From a virus, in the IMG/VR virus record IMGVR_UViG_3300045440_000165, positions 11,735 through 75,734 of that record: a stretch of 64,000 bases of DNA; one strand, 5' to 3'. The translations under genes and the position numbers were made by a program. Shown here piece by piece: positions 57,862 through 64,000 of this stretch; positions within the stretch are counted from its first letter, which is position 1; every line of letters begins with the position of its first letter. The notes under the pieces are model-generated. The model ran no database searches and was not told where the DNA came from. It saw nothing but the letters and a program-made list of their open reading frames with translations.

Positions 57862-58828
57862 AATTCTCTCCCTTTATAAGCTTACGATATTGAATCCACC
57901 CTTTGAAATTTCCTGACCATAAATTGCCACCCCTATCAGCATGTGAAATTCCTTCTTGCCATGTACCTGGATGATTATAGCAATTATCCATTTCAAGATA
58001 GCCAGAATCACTGCAAGGCTCAAACTCAATACATTCAGGATTCATAGGCGTAGCACAATGTTCCAAAGCAGAGCTATGCTTCTTATCACTCCCTACAAGT
58101 CTGTCATACACTTCTAAGCATTTAGCGAGAGTATAATCTGTATTACGGAAGCTGACAGCAGCAGATCTAGCACATGAAACTTTGATAGCTTCTTCTGTTG
58201 TGAATATTTGTTTTTCTACAGCATCTACGTAAGGTAGGTGCCATTCTCCCGGCTGTAATAACTTAGGAGTGCTAGCATCCATAGCTTCTTTCATCTTTCT
58301 AGCTAATTCCGCAAGGGTAGGATCAGCCATCTCATCATCACGTAGCCAGAAGAAGTTATCCCATTCAGTAGCAGACACAACCACTTTAATCATCTGAAAT
58401 GGCTCTGTAAGACGATTGTAGATTTGCTTATGGTAGCCAGCATCTTTAAACACTTTAGCATAGTCAGTAGCACTTTCTTTTGCAAGCTCCCACAGCTCTT
58501 TTGCAGTTACTGCTACAGGTTGTATTTCATATAAATCTTCGTATGTGCCACTACACCCTACATCTACAAAAGTGTCTAGTGTAATATATTTGTGTAATTC
58601 TCCAGCATCCTGCATCCCTTTGTTAGCTGCCCCAAATCGTGAAGGAATACCGTTAAGCTGCTCTAGCATCTTATCAAATGGGATAGCACGGCTACTAGCT
58701 GAACAGCGAGATAGTTGCCTATGAGTAAGAACCTCCGCGTGTACCAGTCTGCTGTATTCCAATTCCATCGTTGTCAATCGAGTACCATCAGGTGCTACAC
58801 TATCGCAAATCACTTTAGCTTTAATCAT
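57836..58828 (-). CDS. thyX: ThyX-like flavin-dependent thymidylate synthase
   Basis: E.LTHR.LSR.S.SSRA, HKQ..NR..EPF, S.ARSA.VS, H.S..EH. Confidence 0.85.
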   Translation of the reverse strand: MIKAKVICDSVAPDGTRLTTMELEYSRLVHAEVLTHRQLSRCSASSRAIPFDKMLEQLNGIPSRFGAANKGMQDAGELHKYITLDTFVDVGCSGTYEDLYEIQPVAVTAKELWELAKESATDYAKVFKDAGYHKQIYNRLTEPFQMIKVVVSATEWDNFFWLRDDEMADPTLAELARKMKEAMDASTPKLLQPGEWHLPYVDAVEKQIFTTEEAIKVSCARSAAVSFRNTDYTLAKCLEVYDRLVGSDKKHSSALEHCATPMNPECIEFEPCSDSGYLEMDNCYNHPGTWQEGISHADRGGNLWSGNFKGWIQYRKLIKGENYDNGTESC

Positions 58829-58998
58829 TATTCATCTTTCAATGTAACTTTAATAGCACAACCTGTAACTTCATTATAAGCTATCAAGCTCCCTCTGACG
58901 ATATCACGGCCATACTTTTCAAAAATATAGGCTGCTAAGATATCTTCCAGAACTTTCCCGGAAAACCCAGCTTCATCTGGATATTTTACTATGGTCAT

Positions 58999-59256
58999 CT
59001 AATCACCCTTCCAATTATTAATATTATCCACCATATCTTTAGATAAACCATACCCAATACACCCTTCAGGGTTAATCTTTAACTCCCATAGGTACTCTGG
59101 CAATATCTCAGGAATATTGGTACAGTTAAAAAACCACCAGCAAGCATATAAAGATTGTGGGACGGCATATTGGTATTTAATACCTAGTAGTTCCATCCTT
59201 TTCTGCGTATGCATATAATCTTTAAATTGGTGGTACTGGTCGAATATTAAATGCAT
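58999..59256 (-). CDS. hypothetical protein
   Basis: LGI.Y..AVPQS...WWF.NC motif. Confidence 0.65.
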   Translation of the reverse strand: MHLIFDQYHQFKDYMHTQKRMELLGIKYQYAVPQSLYACWWFFNCTNIPEILPEYLWELKINPEGCIGYGLSKDMVDNINNWKGD

Positions 59257-59259
59257 TAC

Positions 59260-59442
59260 CTACCTTTCACAAGTTAAAATTACGTTTACACCTCTAAAAC
59301 TACCGTCCCTTTGCGTATAAAAATGAACACTCATCTCTTGATCATTTTTTGGAATAATGTAACTTGTACTGCTGCCAATATGTTTTTTTATAACATCTAC
59401 TAATTCTTCTCGTGAGATAACTATATTAGTTTCTATCAGCAT
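59260..59442 (-). CDS. hypothetical protein
   Basis: RBS AAGGAG. Confidence 0.55.
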   Translation of the reverse strand: MLIETNIVISREELVDVIKKHIGSSTSYIIPKNDQEMSVHFYTQRDGSFRGVNVILTCER

Positions 59443-59526
59443 TTACAAATCTCCTTTTAAGGTTTCCGCAATCTTTTTAATTTCCGCTTTTAAAATTTCT
59501 ACAGAGTTCATATAATACCCTCTTGT

Positions 59527-60003
59527 CTAGTTACTAGCTAATAATTTAAAACTCTCTTGCCTATCCGCGTAGAATTTATGCCTACCAATATTACTCACAT
59601 TAATCATACTTCCGGCCCATTCAGGTGTTACATCCACATTGTGAAAATACTCTACATCTTTTTTAAGCACTCTACGCATATTAGCTACTCTAAAATAATC
59701 TGTCAAGGCTTCTTTGGAAACTCTCACCTCTGTATTCTTAGTAAAGAATGAGAATTGTGCTTTCTGCGACATCACTTGACAAGCTGAGAGATTACGCAAG
59801 CGCATCCTATTTTCAACGACATCTAGTACAGCTCTTTTACCTTTTAAAGATTCCCCTCCGGCTTCTCTCATAACAGTGAAGGCTTTACAGTAAGTAGCTT
59901 GAGCTTCCAAGTCTATAGCACTATTTATAGCACTGGGTGCTACATTAGTCACTACAAGTAATGATAACAATATTGCTAATAGTGTTGCTAGAATTATCCT
60001 CAT
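59527..60003 (-). CDS. cell wall hydrolase (SleB/Hydrolase_2)
   Basis: Signal anchor; EAGGE..G..AV..VV.NR, QFS, P.WA, IGRHKFY. Confidence 0.9.
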   Translation of the reverse strand: MRIILATLLAILLSLLVVTNVAPSAINSAIDLEAQATYCKAFTVMREAGGESLKGKRAVLDVVENRMRLRNLSACQVMSQKAQFSFFTKNTEVRVSKEALTDYFRVANMRRVLKKDVEYFHNVDVTPEWAGSMINVSNIGRHKFYADRQESFKLLASN

Positions 60004-60124
60004 CTTTCATTTCCAATTTATTTTATACACTTTTGAGATTTCCAATTTGAAAAGTCTTGGTTTTGTGAATTCCGCTGAATATAACCTAAGCTGCATCCTC
60101 TACATCCACAGCTTCACAAAGCCC

Positions 60125-61363
60125 TTACATAGTACGGAAGAAATAAGCTTTAGATTTCAAGAACTTAGGCGTGAGATTGCCATCATCAATACGAATAATA
60201 ATCCCTTCACTAGGATGACTGCTATCAATATAATCTTCACCTAGAAGCTCTGGACGTTCTGTAAGTGCTTCTACCTTGGCAATAAGCTTATCCACATCTC
60301 CGTCGTAAATCTCTTGTGGAGCTACTTCGAATGTAGTACGGATATTACGAGCATCACACCATTCCTCCACTTGTTTTGCACTAAAATCAATATTCTTATG
60401 CTCTGGAGTGGAGTAGGTGATACGGTAGATATGAAATCCAAACTCGTGATCCATGCAGCCATAGCGATAGATAATATCTTTCCCATACTTCTTCTGGAAT
60501 GCTTTATCTTTAGTAGCACTGCTTTGATGCACAGCCATAATAGGCTTACCGTTTACAAAGCCGAAAATCTCTCCGTAGATAGTCATCCCTTTTTCCATGT
60601 AAGGTTCTAGGGATTTAGCAACATCAAAGCGGAATTGCTCGGAACCATGAAAGCCATCTTTATTTTCTGTCAGCACTGTATTACGCGTACCTACTACGTG
60701 AGCATACTCTTGTGCAGGAAAGATGGGGTAAATTTTATTAACAAGCTGCTTCCATTTCGGTAGCTCTTTAGTTACAAGTGTATAGGAACACCTTTTTGAG
60801 GTTCCGTGAATTTTAGCATGAAACGATAATAAAGCCCCTTTAGGAATCATAGCCGCATAGTGCTTAAATTGCTCTGTATCCTTATGCTTCTCAAAGTAAG
60901 GAGCATATGTCACTTTAGCTTGCTTAGGTTTATTCTGCTTATCTCTGGCTTCCCTTGTAGCCTTACTAATATATTTCTGGCACACTTGAACACCTTCGAT
61001 AGTATCAAAAGTATAGCCAATATCAAATACTAATCCAGACTTGATATAATTCAAGCTCTTAATGTCGGCAAAATACGCTTGACTACGCACTTTCAGGAAC
61101 GGCTGCACACGAACCTTACGATTTTCATCAAAGAATCCAGATTTAGTAATATCCTTATTCTTTTCGGATTTACGATTAAGGTTATTCTCGTAGCAATACT
61201 GCTCAGAGAGTTGCAAATCTGCAGGGAATAGGGTGCCAGTATACCCTGCCACTACATCTTTAGACACAATTACAGCTTCCCCTAGCACGTAAGCTACATG
61301 AATTTTATCAGCACCGGGGATTGGTGCTGTATGTGTTACTTTTGCGATGATTGCTTTGTGCAT
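60125..61363 (-). CDS. RNA ligase (Rnl2/DRB0094-like), stop apparently 13 codons early
   Basis: N-terminal PIPGADKI, motif I KIHGTS, YGEIFG, EGIIIR, LKSK. Confidence 0.85.
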   Translation of the reverse strand: MHKAIIAKVTHTAPIPGADKIHVAYVLGEAVIVSKDVVAGYTGTLFPADLQLSEQYCYENNLNRKSEKNKDITKSGFFDENRKVRVQPFLKVRSQAYFADIKSLNYIKSGLVFDIGYTFDTIEGVQVCQKYISKATREARDKQNKPKQAKVTYAPYFEKHKDTEQFKHYAAMIPKGALLSFHAKIHGTSKRCSYTLVTKELPKWKQLVNKIYPIFPAQEYAHVVGTRNTVLTENKDGFHGSEQFRFDVAKSLEPYMEKGMTIYGEIFGFVNGKPIMAVHQSSATKDKAFQKKYGKDIIYRYGCMDHEFGFHIYRITYSTPEHKNIDFSAKQVEEWCDARNIRTTFEVAPQEIYDGDVDKLIAKVEALTERPELLGEDYIDSSHPSEGIIIRIDDGNLTPKFLKSKAYFFRTM

Positions 61364-61372
61364 TATATGTCC

Positions 61373-61579
61373 TTACAATTTAAAAACACCAGTGATTAGA
61401 ATGCGATCCGCTGACTCCATGCTCCCTTGTTGTGCTACATGCTTACATACACAATTAAAGAAGTCTCCAGCACTATTACGTTCAGTGTCATAGTTGAGAG
61501 ATATGTTCCCATGACTTTTTTGCTGAGATGTGGATTGATTCCAAATCTGGTAACTAATAATATATTTGTCTATTAACAT
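61373..61579 (-). CDS. hypothetical protein
   Basis: ORF in operon. Confidence 0.55.
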   Translation of the reverse strand: MLIDKYIISYQIWNQSTSQQKSHGNISLNYDTERNSAGDFFNCVCKHVAQQGSMESADRILITGVFKL

Positions 61580-61797
61580 TAAAATTCCTCGTTATCAATA
61601 CAATGATTTCGTAAAATATTAAGCTCGTTGCGGCTATTATCTAGCTTATCCTTAGTCTTCTTAAGCTTCTCTCTAGCTTTAATAAGAGCTTCTGCTAGCA
61701 CAATACAAGCAACAGGGTAGCGATTTAGATAGCCTACTTCTCTAGCTTCCTCAGCGTGGGTTAGGGCTTCTTCTAATGTCATTTTGTATTGTATCAT
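61579..61797 (-). CDS. hypothetical protein
   Basis: MTLEEAL.HAEE motif; coiled coil. Confidence 0.6.
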   Translation of the reverse strand: MIQYKMTLEEALTHAEEAREVGYLNRYPVACIVLAEALIKAREKLKKTKDKLDNSRNELNILRNHCIDNEEF

Positions 61798-62012
61798 AAG
61801 ATAGTTCCTTCTTGATTGATTTCATCTCCGTAGTTTATATAAGCCACAATACAAAACACAGGTACTAACTCTAGCAGGAGAGCACTGCTAAAATAAATCA
61901 AGGTGGCATATTCCGAAAAATTAACTTTAATAAAATATAGTAAGTGTATGTTTATAAACGTAAAAATCCCTAAAGTAACAACTCCTAGCATAAATGCATG
62001 AATATTTTTCAT
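61794..62012 (-). CDS. hypothetical membrane protein
   Basis: Two TM helices. Confidence 0.55.
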   Translation of the reverse strand: MKNIHAFMLGVVTLGIFTFINIHLLYFIKVNFSEYATLIYFSSALLLELVPVFCIVAYINYGDEINQEGTIL

Positions 62013-62536
62013 AATAAGCTCCTAGCTAATTTTAACAATCGTAGATCAGCTTTTGTTAATACATCCAACAATAGCTTCTTCTCTTTAAGATATACTACAG
62101 CAAAATCAGGATCATGTGCAACAATACTAGAAGTGTTACTAATTAAATCTGCACATTTTATTGTTTGAATGTAATCTGTAGCATTAGCAAGGCGTTCTCG
62201 TGCTAGAGCTTTACGTGAAGCTCTATTACCTTCCTCTAAATCTGATAACCACCATACACCGCTAGCAATAGTCTGCCCAAAGTTATATCTTAGAGTGTCT
62301 ATATCTACCCCTTGATCCTCCATGCAATCGTGCAACCAAGCTACTGCAGCTATTTCTTCGGAGTATTGCTCTAAGCCTTTATTAGTAGCGGATACATGGT
62401 AACTTACACTGAAAGTAGTAGCAACAATCCCCGCTACCTCCGCTAAATGATTTACGTAAGGGTTATTCGTGTATTTCCTACGTTGATCCTTATGCACTTC
62501 TCGTGCAAACATCATAGCTTCAAATGATAGGCTCAT
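62009..62536 (-). CDS. HD-domain hydrolase (SpoT/Mesh1-like)
   Basis: H..Q.RKY...PY..H..EVA, WLHDCMED, IKCADLISN. Confidence 0.88.
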   Translation of the reverse strand: MSLSFEAMMFAREVHKDQRRKYTNNPYVNHLAEVAGIVATTFSVSYHVSATNKGLEQYSEEIAAVAWLHDCMEDQGVDIDTLRYNFGQTIASGVWWLSDLEEGNRASRKALARERLANATDYIQTIKCADLISNTSSIVAHDPDFAVVYLKEKKLLLDVLTKADLRLLKLARSLL

Positions 62537-62984
62537 TTATATTCCCCTCTAAAACATATTTTAAATCCAAATAATTTATTAACGTAAGCCCTTCTTCGTT
62601 ATTAGTCTTTACAAAGAATGGCTTCTGAAAATCCAGCATAGCAGCAATATCATCAACAATAGCGTAACATTGTACGTCAGGATGCTTCGCCATCCAAGCG
62701 TTTATTTCAAACCCTCTTGAAGTGTTACTTAGTATAGGCGTTACATCGATAATAGGCAAGGATAAAGCTTTAGCAGCATCTTCAGCCGTAATATCATATC
62801 TCCAAGAAGATGATAACACTATCTCGCATCTTGTCTCTTTACATAATCTTCTTATAAGCGCAATAGCTATATTATCAAATTTTAGCATATCTTCAGGGCT
62901 AAAGGAATGTGGGTATCCTCCGAATGCTACAGCAGAACGAGAGCTGTTTAATACACCATCTATATCTAGGAAGAGGATTTTCAT
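62520..62984 (-). CDS. HAD-family phosphatase (RNA-repair-associated type)
   Basis: FLDIDGVLN, IVLSSSWR, RG.EI..W, YAIVDD. Confidence 0.88.
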   Translation of the reverse strand: MKILFLDIDGVLNSSRSAVAFGGYPHSFSPEDMLKFDNIAIALIRRLCKETRCEIVLSSSWRYDITAEDAAKALSLPIIDVTPILSNTSRGFEINAWMAKHPDVQCYAIVDDIAAMLDFQKPFFVKTNNEEGLTLINYLDLKYVLEGNINEPII

Positions 62985-62987
62985 TAC

Positions 62988-63584
62988 TTACATGCCTTCT
63001 AAAGTTTTAAGTTGCTCTCGTAGCTCTTCAATCTTCGCAGCTTTACAGTGCTCCTCTACTAAAGCAAGATTTTTATACCTCTGCAAAATTTGAGGGAAAT
63101 CGTTGTGTACTTGAGCTGCAATATCCGAAGTAAAATAAAGTGTATGATTTGCTGTATCAGAATACTTTGGTTGATATTGCTTCAACTCTCTAAAAAACCT
63201 AGTAAAAAGATCTTTAGGGTAGTGTTCACCGAACAGATAACCCCCCGTTGAAAATGAGAGAACATAAAGCCACTCATCCTCTGGTTGTGAGCCATCATCC
63301 GACCAACTAATAGTTCTTTTATGTTTAGCCCCGAAAAGTCCAATATGTTCGTAGTTATTTAAGTTATACCAACCGTTATTTCCGGCAATGCTACAATTAG
63401 GAACTTTAATTTGAAATTTCTCAGACACTTCTTCTTTTTCAATAAGCGATTTTAAAGAGTAGATGTAAGAATTGCTTACACTGTAATCAAGTTCCACCTT
63501 AGCAGCACATTTCTCTATGAGAGCTAATATTTCTTTATAAGCGTCTATTGGTTTTTCAATTGGCTTTTCAAGTTTTTTCATCAC
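62988..63584 (-). CDS. hypothetical protein
   Basis: ISWSDDG.QPEDEWL...F.TG.Y.FG motif. Confidence 0.7.
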   Translation of the reverse strand: MMKKLEKPIEKPIDAYKEILALIEKCAAKVELDYSVSNSYIYSLKSLIEKEEVSEKFQIKVPNCSIAGNNGWYNLNNYEHIGLFGAKHKRTISWSDDGSQPEDEWLYVLSFSTGGYLFGEHYPKDLFTRFFRELKQYQPKYSDTANHTLYFTSDIAAQVHNDFPQILQRYKNLALVEEHCKAAKIEELREQLKTLEGM

Positions 63585-63871
63585 TCCCCCTTATATGATT
63601 GCTCTGCAACATATTCTGGTGATGCTGCAATAGCTTTTTTAACTGCATCCCATGCATCATGTTTGCGATCACTAATACGTACAACTTCCTCTAGCTCTTT
63701 ACGAGGAACGCACACAACATCTGCACTATGAAAAGTCACTTCTAATAGCAGAGCGCGAATCTCCTTAGCTTTACTGTCGACTTCCATGAGTATGTCAATA
63801 ATGCTTATATTGTCAGCGTTTTTATCTAAAAAACACATACGCTCTGCAAAATTACGTACTTGCTCCATCAC
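63581..63871 (-). CDS. hypothetical protein
   Basis: RISDRKHDAWD motif; RBS GAGGGAG. Confidence 0.65.
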   Translation of the reverse strand: MMEQVRNFAERMCFLDKNADNISIIDILMEVDSKAKEIRALLLEVTFHSADVVCVPRKELEEVVRISDRKHDAWDAVKKAIAASPEYVAEQSYKGE

Positions 63872-63876
63872 TCCCT

Positions 63877-64000
63877 CTACCCATTGCTCACGAGTTTTAT
63901 TGCTGCCCCTAATTTTGTTAAAATTCTGCGAAATTCTTTTTCTTGTGCAGCCTCAGCAGCAGCCCCAGCAGCCCTAGCAGCAGCCTCAGTAGCCCTATAA
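63877..64000 (-). CDS. partial Ala-rich phage protein (3' end only)
   Basis: ...GATEAAARAAGAAAEAAQEKEFRRIL...*; runs off window end. Confidence 0.6.
   Translation of the reverse strand, partial: YRATEAAARAAGAAAEAAQEKEFRRILTKLGAAIKLVSNG

Larger units (their letters stand above)
1..64000. mobile_element. Bacteriophage genome segment (tailed dsDNA phage, siphovirus-like, probably lytic)
   Basis: Complete head-neck-tail-lysis operon plus phage-type PolA, primase-helicase, RNR and many short ORFs; no host housekeeping context and no repressor/tyrosine integrase seen. Confidence 0.97.

Noticed and set aside
1-64000. Genome-wide stop-codon reassignment
   Set aside because: Long genes are intact in code 11, all three stops end genes, and no suppressor tRNA is present; only two isolated in-frame stop oddities
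63948-64000. GCAGCC-rich repeat as a non-coding element
   Set aside because: Explained by Ala-rich coding sequence on the minus strand

Overview
The whole window is part of one AT-rich tailed dsDNA phage genome (Caudoviricetes, siphovirus-type tail; inferred lytic, probably a proteobacterial host). Layout: two + strand genes, then a 1.46 kb non-coding region with repeats; a minus-strand accessory block (serine recombinase, orphan HicB-like gene, phosphoesterase, ClpP-like protease, PhoH); a + strand virion/lysis arm (8833-35960); and a minus-strand replication/metabolism arm (36041-64000). The + arm carries an unusual six-gene appendage-like module upstream of terS/terL, then portal, S49 protease, capsid, neck, tail tube, frameshifted tail chaperones, a 2173-aa tape measure protein, tail tip/fibre, GH108 endolysin and a holin-like gene with an overprinted lipoprotein. 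The minus arm carries nrdB, nrdA split by an ORF-less group I intron, free-standing HNH endonucleases, exonuclease, SSB, tRNA-Thr(UGU), PolA, primase-helicase, ThyX-like, RNA ligase and HD/HAD enzymes. Most interesting: (i) the pre-terminase module of alternating folded proteins and short-repeat linker proteins, one with an inserted O-acetylesterase, possibly a branched virion appendage; (ii) a ~35 bp element present twice in inverted orientation, beside the recombinase gene and inside a 90-nt hairpin in the tail operon; (iii) an ORF-less intron at the NrdA active-site Cys next to a free-standing HNH gene. Family assignments come from motif recognition, not from database searches.
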